Positions 26,385-36,821 of a stretch of 59,178 nt of DNA are shown here, in pieces (position 1 is the first letter of the stretch; every line of letters begins with the position of its first letter). Location: the NCBI GenBank assembly GCA_947478755.1, contig CANJXH010000001.1, positions 1 to 59,178 on the forward strand, written 5' to 3'. The position numbers and the translations under genes are program-made. This DNA is from Betaproteobacteria bacterium (GTDB lineage: Bacteria > Pseudomonadota > Gammaproteobacteria > Burkholderiales > Rhodocyclaceae). Below the pieces are notes generated by a model, which had not been told where the DNA came from, made no database searches, and saw only the letters and a list, made by a program, of their open reading frames with translations.

Positions 26385-27976
26385 TGACATTCAATCTTCC
26401 TCCCCTTGACGAGACGGCCACGCCCCTGTTTGCCAATATTGCCGATTGCAAGCGCTGGCTGGGTGATCAGACGCTGACCAATCCAGGCTTGTTGCAGCGC
26501 CAGTTGTGCGAGCAACTCGACAAACTCAATCGGAAAAAGATTCCTCTGCGGGATCGATTCGATGTACTTGAAGGATTGCACGTACAGATTGCCTATGTGC
26601 AGGAAGAGGTATCAAAACGCTTTACCGCCAAATCATTTCCGTACCTCGCGGCGGAAGCGGAAGCATTCGCGGCCAACATGATGCTCTGGCAGGCGGTGAC
26701 GGTCGGCTATCTGCGCTGTCTTGAGGATGCCGCCGCATCGGGCGCATCGCCGAATACCCTGGCGACGCTCGTCGAGCGCGCGCTGGTGACGCTGCATGCC
26801 TGTCAGCTCGATCGAGTGCGGGGTTTTTCGCAACCCGATGCCGAGCACTGGTCGCGCCTGCACCGGCTACTGACGTTTGCCGAGCAGAACAAGATCGCGA
26901 CCACGGCCATCGGCGACAAGGTGAATTACGGCGAGCAGGCGGTGACGCCGCTGGCGGTCTATGCCGAATCAATGTTGCTGCATGCCGCCAGTGCCCACGA
27001 GTTTTCTGCGCGCCCCTTGAACTGGGTCGTCCGCTGAGCACGGCGTTGGGGTGGCAAGCTGTCCCTGCGGACTGAGCCGCCTGCAGACCTGCAGGCCGTG
27101 CCTATCAATGTCGAGCTCGACTCCGCGCTACCGCCCAGCCCTTTCCCGATCAAGGGCAACGCGCCGCGCTTTCTCGATACCGGCGAACTTGCCAAAAGCA
27201 TCAAGACCCGACTCGCCGCGCTGGCAGAGGGGCGTTCGCCAGCCGAGCTGCAACTGGGTGAAGACTGCAGCCAGCCTGCCTGTGAGCATATGTTGCAGCG
27301 CCTGTATCAGCGCTGGTGCAAGGGCGGGATGCAGCGTCCGACCGATCGTCGTGCGGGCAGCGGCAAGGTTGAGCTGGCGGCAGGCAGCGATGCGATCTGG
27401 TTCCAGATCACCGGCAATCCCTTCAAGCAGCCGCGCGCCGATGTCGCCATGCTGCGCCGGGAGCGCGAGGAGATCGCGACATTCGGACGGGTATCCGAGC
27501 GCCACGATACGCAGATGGTCGAGGTCGGGAGGATGCGTGCCGAGCCCGACTGGGAGATCATCAACGAGGCTCCTGGTGGCCTGCGGCTGCTCAGGGCCAC
27601 CATGAACGCCGACAGCGTCCGTGTTGGCGTGGGACAGCTGATTGCCGTCAGAAAGCCCGGTGCAAGCGGTTTCGCACTGGGCAGCGTGCGCTGGCTGATG
27701 CTTGACGAAGACGGTCGGCTGCATGCAGGAGTACATCTGTTGGCCGGAACAATCCAGGGAATCGCCATTCGCAATGCTGGAATCAATGCCACCAAGGATC
27801 CGTGGCGGCCTGCTTACGTTTTGACGGCAGATGCTGCGAGTACCCAGCTGATATTGCCTGCAGGAACTTTCAAGCCGGGGCGTGTCCTTGACGTCGAAGG
27901 CGGTAGCGTGAAGCAATTCAAGCTTGCATCGCAGATTGAGCGCGGTGACGATTTCGAGCGCGTCGCTATCGGTTGA
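26384..27976 (+). pseudogene. Conserved hypothetical protein (~530 aa, PilZ-like C-terminus) interrupted by an in-frame TGA at 27035-27037
   Basis: ORFs 26384..27037 and 27098..27976 are in the same frame; read-through gives WVVR*ARRWGGKL...; C-terminal RPTDR and NEAPGG resemble PilZ motifs. Confidence 0.7.
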
Positions 27977-28051
27977 TCCACTTTTGACGGATTCGCTGCA
28001 GGGCAGAATGGCAACCCCGGTGATTGACCGCAGCTGGCGTAAAATCCGCGT

Positions 28052-28480
28052 ATGGCCGGCTTGCAGCGTAATTCCCCAATTCCTACCGAAATCAAACTGC
28101 ATCAGAAATCGCATCTGATGGAGGTTGCATTTTCCGATGGCGCCGTTTTTCGGCTGCCTTATGAATTGTTGCGGGTATTCAGCCCCTCGGCCGAGGTTCG
28201 TGGGCACGGACCGGGGCAGGAGGTACTGCAGACCGGCAAGCGCAACGTCGCCATTACCACTGTCGATGCCGTGGGCAACTATGCGATCAAGCCGGTGTTC
28301 TCCGATGGCCACGACAGCGGAATCTACTCCTGGGATCTGCTTTATCAACTCGGTGCCGAGCAGGACCGACTATGGCAGGAGTATCTGAGCCGACTCGCTG
28401 CCAAAGGCCTTGACCGCGATACCGACACCACCAAAGTGAGCAAGCCGCCTGCAGCGGCCCATGCTTGCGGAAAGCACTAG
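28052..28480 (+). CDS. DUF971 / GBBH-like N-terminal domain protein
   Basis: LPYELLRVFSPSAEVRGHG...VGNYAIKPVFSDGHDSGIYSW. Confidence 0.9.
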   Translation: MAGLQRNSPIPTEIKLHQKSHLMEVAFSDGAVFRLPYELLRVFSPSAEVRGHGPGQEVLQTGKRNVAITTVDAVGNYAIKPVFSDGHDSGIYSWDLLYQLGAEQDRLWQEYLSRLAAKGLDRDTDTTKVSKPPAAAHACGKH

Positions 28481-29212
28481 ATGTCCGATACCCATTTTGG
28501 TTTCAAGACCGTAGCGGAGGAAGAGAAGGCCAGGCGCGTTGCCGGCGTTTTTTCTTCTGTCGCGCAAAAGTACGACGTGATGAACGACCTGATGTCGGGT
28601 GGCCTGCATCGCATCTGGAAGCGTTTTGCCATCGAGCTTTCCGGCGTTCGCCCGGGACATCGCGTGCTCGATGTTGCGGGTGGTACCGCTGATCTGTCGC
28701 GGGCCTTCATCAAGCGCGCTGGTCCGTCTGGTCAGGTATGGCTCACCGATATCAACAATGCCATGCTGACAGTCGGGCGCGACCGCCTGATTGATGCCGG
28801 CATCCTGACACCCACGGCACAGTGCGATGCCGAGAAGCTGCCGTTTCCTTCGGACTACTTCGATTGCGTCAGTGTTGCATTCGGACTGCGCAACATGACC
28901 CACAAGGATCAGGCGCTGGCGGAAATGCACCGGGTGCTGCGTCCGGGGGGGCGTCTGCTGGTACTGGAGTTCTCCAAGGTGTGGCAGCCGCTGGAGAAGG
29001 CCTATGACGTATATTCGTTCAAGGTGTTGCCCTGGCTGGGCGAGAAGGTAGCGCAGGATGCCGAAAGTTATCGCTATCTTGCCGAGTCGATCCGCATGCA
29101 TCCCGACCAGGAAACGCTGAAGGGCATGATGGAGAGCGTTGGTTTTTCGCGCGTCGAATATTTCAACCTGACAGCGGGCGTCGTTGCGCTTCATCGCGGC
29201 TACAAGCTCTGA
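28481..29212 (+). CDS. ubiE: Ubiquinone/menaquinone C-methyltransferase
   Basis: [47 protein letters not shown]. Confidence 0.96.
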   Translation: MSDTHFGFKTVAEEEKARRVAGVFSSVAQKYDVMNDLMSGGLHRIWKRFAIELSGVRPGHRVLDVAGGTADLSRAFIKRAGPSGQVWLTDINNAMLTVGRDRLIDAGILTPTAQCDAEKLPFPSDYFDCVSVAFGLRNMTHKDQALAEMHRVLRPGGRLLVLEFSKVWQPLEKAYDVYSFKVLPWLGEKVAQDAESYRYLAESIRMHPDQETLKGMMESVGFSRVEYFNLTAGVVALHRGYKL

Positions 29213-29214
29213 AC

Positions 29215-29799
29215 ATGTTTTCCGCGCAATCCCCTTCGATCGGACTGATCGCAGCCATCAACCATGTGTTCGATCAGGCCGACTGGGCGCGCGATAGGCT
29301 GCAGCCCTTTGCGGGCCGCAGCGTGCGGGTCGCCATGTTTCCGTTGTCGTTCACCTTCTCCATCGGCAGCGACGGGAGACTGCTCGCCAGCAGTGCCTCC
29401 CCGGATCTCGAAATCGTGCTGCCGGCAGAGGCGCCTTTCCTGGCCTTGCAGGGCAACGAGCGGGTGATGAAGTCCGCCGACATCAAGGGCCCGGCTGACC
29501 TGGCCGATGCGCTTGGCTACGTGCTGCGCAACCTGCGTTGGGACATCGAGGAAGACCTTTCACGGGTTGTCGGCGATATTGCCGCGCACCGCATCGTTGC
29601 TGTGTTGAACGCCTTTGCCAACTGGCAACGCCAGGCTGCACGCAATCTTGGCGAAAATGTCAGCGAATACCTGATCGATGAGAAAAAGGCCCTGGTCAAG
29701 CAATCGGAGGCTGCGGCCTTTGTCGGCGAAGTAGAGCAATTGCGCAATCAGTCAGCCCAGCTGGAGGCCCGGGTTGAACGTCTGACGCAGCGGTTCTGA
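29215..29799 (+). CDS. ubiJ: Ubiquinone biosynthesis accessory factor (SCP2 domain)
   Basis: LRWDIEEDLSRVVGDIAA, NVSEYL, coiled-coil C-terminus; follows ubiE. Confidence 0.87.
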   Translation: MFSAQSPSIGLIAAINHVFDQADWARDRLQPFAGRSVRVAMFPLSFTFSIGSDGRLLASSASPDLEIVLPAEAPFLALQGNERVMKSADIKGPADLADALGYVLRNLRWDIEEDLSRVVGDIAAHRIVAVLNAFANWQRQAARNLGENVSEYLIDEKKALVKQSEAAAFVGEVEQLRNQSAQLEARVERLTQRF

Positions 29800-29903
29800 T
29801 AATTCCGTTTTCATAAAATGTTGTCGGATTTGTTGTCCGGGGGGCTTTCCGGTGGTAGCCTTGCCCTTGCAATCAGTCCCGAAACTGTCACGGAGAAAAG
29901 CAC

Positions 29904-30329
29904 ATGAGCATGGTTACTGAATTCAAGGAGTTTGCCGTCAAGGGCAACGTCATTGATCTCGCTGTTGGCGTGATCATCGGTGGCGCATTTGGAAAAATTG
30001 TAGATTCGGTGGTCGGCGATCTCATCATGCCGATCATCGGCGCCGTGGTCGGCAAGCTCGACTTCAGCAGCCTGTTTGTTGTGCTCGGTCAGAATCCGGA
30101 CAATCTCACCGCGCTGGCGGACCTCAAGAAAGCCGGCATTCCCGTTCTGGCCTATGGCAGCTTCATCACCGTGGCAGTGAACTTCGGAATCCTGGCCTTC
30201 ATCATCTTCATGATGGTGAAGCAGATCAATCGCCTGAAACGCGAAGAGCCGGCAGCCCCCGCAGAAGCACCGGCCACGCCCGAAGATATCGCGCTGCTGC
30301 GGGAAATTCGCGACTCCCTGAAGAAATAG
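29904..30329 (+). CDS. mscL: Large-conductance mechanosensitive channel
   Basis: [28 protein letters not shown]...[10 protein letters not shown]. Confidence 0.96.
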   Translation: MSMVTEFKEFAVKGNVIDLAVGVIIGGAFGKIVDSVVGDLIMPIIGAVVGKLDFSSLFVVLGQNPDNLTALADLKKAGIPVLAYGSFITVAVNFGILAFIIFMMVKQINRLKREEPAAPAEAPATPEDIALLREIRDSLKK

Positions 30330-30402
30330 CCGGATCAAAGCCAAGCCGGACCCAGGGCGAACAGGCCTCGGTCCGGCACCTGCCGCGGGTATACTGACGG
30401 CA

Positions 30403-31047
30403 ATGAAATACGCGATCATCCCCGTCACGCCATTTGCCCAGAATTGTTCACTGCTGGTTTGTGATCAGACGCAGCAAGGCGTAGTGGTCGATCCCGGTGG
30501 CGACATCGAACGTATTCTTGCCGTTGCAAAAAAGGGCGGGGTCACCATCGAAAAGGTATTGCTGACCCATGGCCATGTCGACCATGCATCGGCTGCGGGC
30601 ACATTGGCCCGCCAGCTTGGTGTCAAGATCGAGGGCCCGCATCGGGATGACCAGTTCCTGATCGACAACCTGCCAAAGCAGGCAGCGAGCTACGGCTTTC
30701 CTCCGGTCGAACCCTTCCTGCCTGATCGTTGGCTGGAGCATGGCGATACGGTGACCTTCGGCCAGCAGACACTGGAAGTGCTGCACTGCCCCGGGCATAC
30801 GCCGGGACACGTCGTGTTCTACAACCGCCCGCCGAAATTTGCCGTGGTCGGCGATGTGATCTTCGCCGGATCGATTGGCCGTACCGATTTCCCGCGTGGC
30901 AATCACGATGACCTGATTCGCTCCATCCGCACCAGGCTTTTTCCTCTCGGCGATGATGTCGAGTTCATCCCCGGCCACGGTCCGAATTCGACCTTCGGCC
31001 AGGAGCGTGAATCCAATCCCTATGTTGCCGATGCAAACTTTCCCTGA
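30403..31047 (+). CDS. MBL-fold metallo-hydrolase (YcbL/GloC-like)
   Basis: THGHVDH, CPGHTPGH, GDVIFAGSIGRTDFP, PGHG. Confidence 0.9.
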   Translation: MKYAIIPVTPFAQNCSLLVCDQTQQGVVVDPGGDIERILAVAKKGGVTIEKVLLTHGHVDHASAAGTLARQLGVKIEGPHRDDQFLIDNLPKQAASYGFPPVEPFLPDRWLEHGDTVTFGQQTLEVLHCPGHTPGHVVFYNRPPKFAVVGDVIFAGSIGRTDFPRGNHDDLIRSIRTRLFPLGDDVEFIPGHGPNSTFGQERESNPYVADANFP

Positions 31048-31056
31048 ACGCGGCTG

Positions 31057-33060
31057 ATGAACATACTCAAGCGGGTCGCCATCGTTTTCGCCGCGCTGCT
31101 GTTGCTCGCGGCAGCAGTGTTTGCCTATCTTGCAGCCACCTTCGATGCGGCGCGCATCAAGCAGGAAGCCGCTCAGGCAGTACTGGCCAAGACCGGGCGC
31201 ACGCTGACAATCGAGGGTGATCTCGCGCTCAAGTTCTGGCCCAGCCTCGGGGTGGATGTGGCCCGCGCCTCGCTCTCCGAACACGAGAGCAAGCAGTTTT
31301 TTGCCTCACTGGATGCGGCTCATGTATCGGTACGCGTCTTGCCGCTGCTCTCGAAAAAAATCGTCGTCGACAGTGTTGATATTGATGGCCTCAAGCTGAC
31401 GCTGGTCAAGGATCGCGACGGCCACCTCAATATCGATGACCTGCTTGGCAGCAAGCAGCCAAGTGGTGCCACTGCACCGCCACCCGAGTTCGATGTGGCC
31501 GGCATCCACATCAACAATGCGCAACTGACCTGGCGTGACGAACGGGCAAACAGCACGCTGAAAATTGCCGATCTTGATTTCGTCACCGGGCATGCCGTTG
31601 GCGGCAAGGACGGCTTGACTGTCGATGGACTCAGGCTGTCTACCGCCGGCAAGCTCGATGCCGACAGCTTTACGCTTGCACTCGACGTGCCGGGCATTAC
31701 GCGCAAGGGCGAACAGTTCAGTGCGGTGAAAGTCGGCATCAAGGCCACGCTTAAAGGTGCGGCACGCAACGCGGTCGTCAGTCTGGATCTGAGCAATATC
31801 GAAGGCACCTTGCAGTCACTGAAGATGGGTGGGCTTGCACTGGGCCTTGATGCAGCAATGGGGGATAAAAAAATCAAGGGCAGTCTCGCCACGCCTCTCG
31901 CGCTGGATATGGAGTCGAAGTCCCTGCTGCTGCCAACCATTTCCGGTGGGTTTGATGTCGACATGCCGGGCTTGCCTGCCCGACCACTGCGGTTGCCCAT
32001 CAGTGGCCGGATAAAGGCCGAATATGGCAAGCCCGCAGTGAGCGGCAATCTCTTGACCGCCTTTGATGAAACGCATATCGACGCGCGCTTCAATGTTGTA
32101 TTTGGCGCATCTGCCAACATCGGCCTGGAGCTGGATATCGACAAGCTCAATGTGGACAAATACCTGCCGCCCACGGCTGACAAGCAGGCGGATGACCGTG
32201 TCGATCTGTCGGCTTTGAAACGTCTCAACGCCAGCGGCACATTGCGTGTGGGTGAGCTGCAAGTCAAAAACATCAAGGCGCGCAATGTAAGGGTCAGTTT
32301 CAATGCGGCGCACGGCAAGGTCGATATCGCCCCGCATTCGGCTGACCTTTACGGCGGCCAGGTCAGCGGTTCTGCTTCACTCAATGCCAGCAGCAACCGC
32401 ATCGCGCTGAAAGAGTCGCTGCGCGGCATCAACGTGGATCCGCTGATCAAGGACATTGCCGGCAAGGAAATGATCGAGGGCCGGGGCGATGTCTCGCTCG
32501 ACATTGCGACCCAGGGCGACACTGTCACGGCGATGAAAAAATCACTGTCCGGCACGGCCGGCGCGGTGCTGCGCGATGGCGCCATCAAGGGCATCAATAT
32601 CGCGCAAACCCTGCGCAGCGCCAAAGCCAAACTCGGGGGCGATGTGACGCAAGCCGCGAGCGCAACGGACAAGACCGACTTTTCCGAGCTCAGTGCCTCG
32701 TTCAAAATCGCCAATGGCGTTGCTCGCAATGATGACCTCGCGGCCAAGTCGCCTTTTCTCCGCCTCGGCGGCAATGGCGACATCGATATCGGCAACAGCC
32801 AGCTCAACTACGTGCTCAAGGCATCGGTGGTTGGTACTGCTGCCGGGCAGGGCGGCAAGGAAACGGATGCACTCAAAGGCCTTACCGTGCCGGTGCGGGT
32901 GAGCGGGCCGTTCGATAAACCCGCCTTCAAGCTTGAACTGGCCAATCTGGTGAGCGATGCTGCCAAAGCGCGTCTTGAAGACAAGAAGCAGGAAATAAAA
33001 GAGAAAACGCAGCAGAAAGTGCAGGACCAGTTGAAGGGCAAGTTGAAAGGACTGTTTTAA
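31057..33060 (+). CDS. asmA: AsmA family protein
   Basis: N-terminal anchor, TGRTLTIEGDL, LYGGQ, GAIKGIN, TDFSELSASF..NGVARNDDL. Confidence 0.85.
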   Translation: MNILKRVAIVFAALLLLAAAVFAYLAATFDAARIKQEAAQAVLAKTGRTLTIEGDLALKFWPSLGVDVARASLSEHESKQFFASLDAAHVSVRVLPLLSKKIVVDSVDIDGLKLTLVKDRDGHLNIDDLLGSKQPSGATAPPPEFDVAGIHINNAQLTWRDERANSTLKIADLDFVTGHAVGGKDGLTVDGLRLSTAGKLDADSFTLALDVPGITRKGEQFSAVKVGIKATLKGAARNAVVSLDLSNIEGTLQSLKMGGLALGLDAAMGDKKIKGSLATPLALDMESKSLLLPTISGGFDVDMPGLPARPLRLPISGRIKAEYGKPAVSGNLLTAFDETHIDARFNVVFGASANIGLELDIDKLNVDKYLPPTADKQADDRVDLSALKRLNASGTLRVGELQVKNIKARNVRVSFNAAHGKVDIAPHSADLYGGQVSGSASLNASSNRIALKESLRGINVDPLIKDIAGKEMIEGRGDVSLDIATQGDTVTAMKKSLSGTAGAVLRDGAIKGINIAQTLRSAKAKLGGDVTQAASATDKTDFSELSASFKIANGVARNDDLAAKSPFLRLGGNGDIDIGNSQLNYVLKASVVGTAAGQGGKETDALKGLTVPVRVSGPFDKPAFKLELANLVSDAAKARLEDKKQEIKEKTQQKVQDQLKGKLKGLF

Positions 33061-33062
33061 AC

Positions 33063-33716
33063 ATGAGCGATACCGACCTGAGTCATCTGTTCGAGAACAA
33101 CCGCGATTGGGCCAAGCGCATTCGCGCCGAAGATCCCGAGTTTTTCGGCAAGCTTTCGCATCTGCAAGCGCCCGAGTATTTGTGGATCGGCTGCTCCGAT
33201 TCGCGCGTGCCGGCCAACGAGATAACCGGCCTGCTGCCGGGTGAAGTCTTTGTACATCGCAATATAGCCAACGTGGTGGTGCATACCGACCTCAACTGCC
33301 TGTCGGTGATCCAGTTTGCGGTGGATGTATTGAAGGTGCGCCACATCATGGTGGTCGGCCACTATGGCTGCGGCGGCGTGCGTGCGGCGCTGCATAACCA
33401 GCGCCTCGGCTTGATCGACAACTGGCTGCGCCACATTCAGGACGTGCGTGACAAGCATCGTGAGCTGCTGGCTGGCGGCAGCGATGAAAGTCGGCTTGAT
33501 CGGCTGTGCGAATTGAACGTGCTGGAACAGGTGGTCAATGTCGTCGAAACGACCGTCGTGCGTGACGCCTGGACACGTGGTCAGCCACTTACCGTGCATG
33601 GCTGGATCTACGGATTGAGCGACGGACACTTGCGCGATGTCGGCATCATTGCGTCGAGCATGGATGAACTGGAGCCGAGCTTTCATGCGGCACTGGCCAA
33701 GATCGCTGCTGCCTGA
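33063..33716 (+). CDS. can: Beta carbonic anhydrase
   Basis: IGCSDSRVP, VFVHRNIAN, GHYGCGGV. Confidence 0.95.
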   Translation: MSDTDLSHLFENNRDWAKRIRAEDPEFFGKLSHLQAPEYLWIGCSDSRVPANEITGLLPGEVFVHRNIANVVVHTDLNCLSVIQFAVDVLKVRHIMVVGHYGCGGVRAALHNQRLGLIDNWLRHIQDVRDKHRELLAGGSDESRLDRLCELNVLEQVVNVVETTVVRDAWTRGQPLTVHGWIYGLSDGHLRDVGIIASSMDELEPSFHAALAKIAAA

Positions 33717-33734
33717 TCGGGTATTGAAGCAGCA

Positions 33735-34634
33735 ATGAGCCTTCGCCTTGGTATTGATCTTGGTGGCACAAAGATAGAAATCATTGCGCTTGATGGCGAG
33801 GGCAGCGTGCTGCTGCGGCAGCGCGTGCCAACACCGCAGAATGACTACATGGCGACGGTTAACGCAATTGTCGCGCTGGTCGAAAATGCAGAAGCCAAGC
33901 TGGGCCGGCGCGGATCATTGGGGGTAGGTATTCCCGGCGCAGAATCCGGTGTAACCGCCACGATCAAGAATGCAAACTCTATCTGCCTGATCGGCAAGCC
34001 ATTGCGCCAGGATTTGCAAACCCTGTTGCAACGAGAAGTCCGCCTCTCCAATGACGCCAACTGCTTTTCCCTCTCGGAGGCAACCGATGGGGCCGCTGCG
34101 GGAGCTCCTGTCGTGTTCGGCGTGATCATCGGTACCGGCGCCGGTGGTGGCATAGTGATCGATGGCAAGGCGGTGGTAGGCGCAAACGCGATCGCTGGAG
34201 AATGGGGACACAATAGAATGCCGGGTGATGAAGCGTTCCTGCCCCAATGCTATTGCGGGAACAGAGGCTGCATCGAAACATTTTTGTCTGGCCCAGGAAT
34301 GTCCGCCGATCATCAGCGAGTTACCGGCGAAGTACTTGTCCCCAAACAGATTGCCATCAATGCCAATGCCGGAAATCCCGGTTGCGAAGCTACGCTGCAA
34401 CGATATGAGGCGCGTCTGGCTTTTGCCTTGTCACAGGTGATCAATATTCTCGATCCCCATGTGGTTGTTCTCGGCGGCGGAGTGTCGAATATTGATCGGC
34501 TCTATGTCAATGTACCCACGCTGTGGCAGAAGCACATTTTCACCAATCAGGTTGTCACCCGTTTGCTCAAAAACCGGCACGGTGATTCTTCCGGCGTGCG
34601 TGGCGCGGCATGGCTATGGGAGGAGCGGAAATGA
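33735..34634 (+). CDS. ROK family sugar kinase (Mak/fructokinase-like)
   Basis: GIDLGGTKIE, NDANC, GEWGH...CYCG..GCIE, HGDSSGVRGAAWL. Confidence 0.9.
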   Translation: MSLRLGIDLGGTKIEIIALDGEGSVLLRQRVPTPQNDYMATVNAIVALVENAEAKLGRRGSLGVGIPGAESGVTATIKNANSICLIGKPLRQDLQTLLQREVRLSNDANCFSLSEATDGAAAGAPVVFGVIIGTGAGGGIVIDGKAVVGANAIAGEWGHNRMPGDEAFLPQCYCGNRGCIETFLSGPGMSADHQRVTGEVLVPKQIAINANAGNPGCEATLQRYEARLAFALSQVINILDPHVVVLGGGVSNIDRLYVNVPTLWQKHIFTNQVVTRLLKNRHGDSSGVRGAAWLWEERK

Positions 34635-34644
34635 CATCAGTCAA

Positions 34645-35301
34645 TCAAGACCGCCCTTCAAGACGGAATGTCAGAGGTACCAGCACGGTTGATTCGATGT
34701 TGTCACCGGCTTGGCTTGCAGGTATGAATCTCCAGCGCTTCACGGTTTCGAGCGCAGCCTGATCAAGGCTTGCTGAGCCACTGCTGTTGCGGACCTCGAC
34801 TCGGATAGGGCTGCCATCTGCATTTACCATCACGGATAACAGAACCTTGCCTTGTTCACCCTTGCGCCTTGCCATTGGAGGATAGGCAGGGATGGGATTG
34901 TTCAGATAGGCAGCATCGAAACGCGGTGGTATGACGACCGGTACTGACGCCACAGGCGCTGCGGAAACTGTTGGTGCGACATCCTTGTTCTTGGTAACGG
35001 TTGCCGCCGACATCGCCAGGTCAGTAGTGGGCAACGAAGGGGCCTGCAAAGATGGCAAATGGTTTTGCTGCCTTTGGTGTCTCAACGGCGCTTGATCGGG
35101 CTTGTGCAGCTTTGATTCCAGCATAGGGATTTTGACAATGCTTGCAATGAGAGGAGCCTGAGTCGTAATTGCGGGGGTAGGCGGAATGAAGAGCAGGAAT
35201 GCAATCACGGTCCCGTGCAGCGCGAGCGAGAAAGCGATTCCACAATTCAGCGGTTTGTTCCGGGATGGCAAGGCTAACCTGCCTGAGAAGTAGTGCATCA
35301 T
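34645..35301 (-). CDS. tonB: TonB energy transducer
   Basis: SLALHG TM motif; C-domain YPPMARRKGEQGKV...SSG...LDQAAL..VKRWRF.PA; ATGA overlap with the upstream gene. Confidence 0.85.
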   Translation of the reverse strand: MMHYFSGRLALPSRNKPLNCGIAFSLALHGTVIAFLLFIPPTPAITTQAPLIASIVKIPMLESKLHKPDQAPLRHQRQQNHLPSLQAPSLPTTDLAMSAATVTKNKDVAPTVSAAPVASVPVVIPPRFDAAYLNNPIPAYPPMARRKGEQGKVLLSVMVNADGSPIRVEVRNSSGSASLDQAALETVKRWRFIPASQAGDNIESTVLVPLTFRLEGRS

Positions 35302-36821
35302 CTGCGGTAACGGGAAACAAATATCCACAATCCCAAAACAGCAACCATCAGATTGCCAAGGCCGAACAGGGCCATGATGAAATCCCGTGCATCCTTGCCG
35401 GCAAAGTCGAGCCAATGGAATTTGTGCAGGTAGGCAAAGCTCCAGCCCTCCCAGCGATCACTGTCGCGAACTACGGTAGCCAGTGCGCCGCTGCCTGTTT
35501 CGACGTAATAGGCCGCATGGTCAGGCGTTGCATAGTCCACGCGCCACACCGGCAGACGTTTATTGAGAAAACCGTATTCGCCTTCAAACTGCGTAATGAA
35601 AGATGTCTTGACGATGTTGCTGTCCGGCAGCCCGTTATATTGTCGGGCCAGGCAGCGTGCGTGCAACGATTCTGCATCGGCCAGCATGACATCGTTGTCG
35701 CTGCGCAGGTAAAGGGTTTGTGCATGCATTTGCCCGCCCGGTTTAACTCTGTGATCGTGTTCGACCGCGGGCTCGATTGCATGCGACCGATCAGACTTGT
35801 GCCCCGAGGCTGCGTGCAATTGATAGTAAGTCTGACCATCCAGATTGATGGCAAATACTTCTTTCCATGCGCCATGTCTCATGGCGCCCGGCAATTGAAG
35901 TTCTGAAACCGGCAGGCGTCCGATGAGCGGCGCTGGCGTTTCACGCGACTCGCTCCCGAGCAGGTGCCACAGGCCGCTGAGGGAAAAGGTGAGCGAACTG
36001 ACCGCGACAGCAATACCTAAGGTACGGTGCCAGCGTCTCGAAGGGAGATGCTGCTTGCGCAAACTGCTGCGTTTCCACAGGGATCCGTAAATCAGTATGC
36101 CGGACGATGCGCTCAACAATGTAGTGAGCAGCAACAAGGTGATCAGCGATTTGCGCAGTGGGTTTTGCGCGCCATCGGTACCGACAAATTCCCAGGTGTG
36201 GAGCAGGCGAAACAGATCACCCAGTGTCGCCTTGGTGTCATCCACCAGCCCCGCAAGACGTGGCGGGCTGGTTTCGATGTAGGCGCGAAGATTGTCTTTG
36301 CCGGCATCGTCGATGCGCCACACCGGCAGCAGGCGATTCACCGACAGATAGTCATCGTCGAAACGCTCAAGCAAAACAGGTTTGGCGGTGCTGTCATTGC
36401 CGGTGAAATGCTTCGCCAATGCCTTTGCATACAGCGCATCGGCGTCCGGTGTTTCGCTGCCGCTGTTTGCGTCGAAATATCTGCGCCGGGGATCGCCCGG
36501 CAGGCTGACTTGATAGAACACCTTGTCATCCCAGTCGATCACGCGCAATGCGGCGACTTCGTCGATACCTGCTCGCGCCAATACTTCAGCCGGTGCGAGC
36601 GCCTTGTGCAGGCTGATTTGCGCAGCCGGCGGGCGCATAGCCACCGGCTGCGGACTGATGCGCGACATGATCGGATGCATCACACCACTCACACCCCATG
36701 ACATCACGGCGAAGCAGCACAGCAGCCCGAACCAGTGGTGATAGCGGAAAGCTGCGCCGGTCAGGCGCTCTGCCCAACCGGCTTTGATGGATGAGGTGGC
36801 GGAGGTGGCGGAGGTGCTCAT
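35298..36821 (-). CDS. PepSY-associated TM helix protein
   Basis: YHHWFG, LHTW, WHRTLG, LHKF histidine/TM pattern; downstream of a TonB-dependent receptor. Confidence 0.85.
   Translation of the reverse strand: MSTSATSATSSIKAGWAERLTGAAFRYHHWFGLLCCFAVMSWGVSGVMHPIMSRISPQPVAMRPPAAQISLHKALAPAEVLARAGIDEVAALRVIDWDDKVFYQVSLPGDPRRRYFDANSGSETPDADALYAKALAKHFTGNDSTAKPVLLERFDDDYLSVNRLLPVWRIDDAGKDNLRAYIETSPPRLAGLVDDTKATLGDLFRLLHTWEFVGTDGAQNPLRKSLITLLLLTTLLSASSGILIYGSLWKRSSLRKQHLPSRRWHRTLGIAVAVSSLTFSLSGLWHLLGSESRETPAPLIGRLPVSELQLPGAMRHGAWKEVFAINLDGQTYYQLHAASGHKSDRSHAIEPAVEHDHRVKPGGQMHAQTLYLRSDNDVMLADAESLHARCLARQYNGLPDSNIVKTSFITQFEGEYGFLNKRLPVWRVDYATPDHAAYYVETGSGALATVVRDSDRWEGWSFAYLHKFHWLDFAGKDARDFIMALFGLGNLMVAVLGLWIFVSRYRR

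Noticed and set aside
27035-27097. Selenocysteine recoding of the in-frame TGA
   Set aside because: The context suggests Trp (WARRW) rather than a Cys/redox motif, and no convincing SECIS hairpin was seen.
30345-30377. Hairpin GCCGGACC...GGTCCGGC after mscL as an intrinsic terminator
   Set aside because: No U-tract on either strand; function unsupported.
36793-36816. 9-bp tandem repeat at the PepSY gene start as a phase-variation tract
   Set aside because: Only ~2.7 copies and the unit is a multiple of three (TSATSATS), so slippage would not shift the frame.
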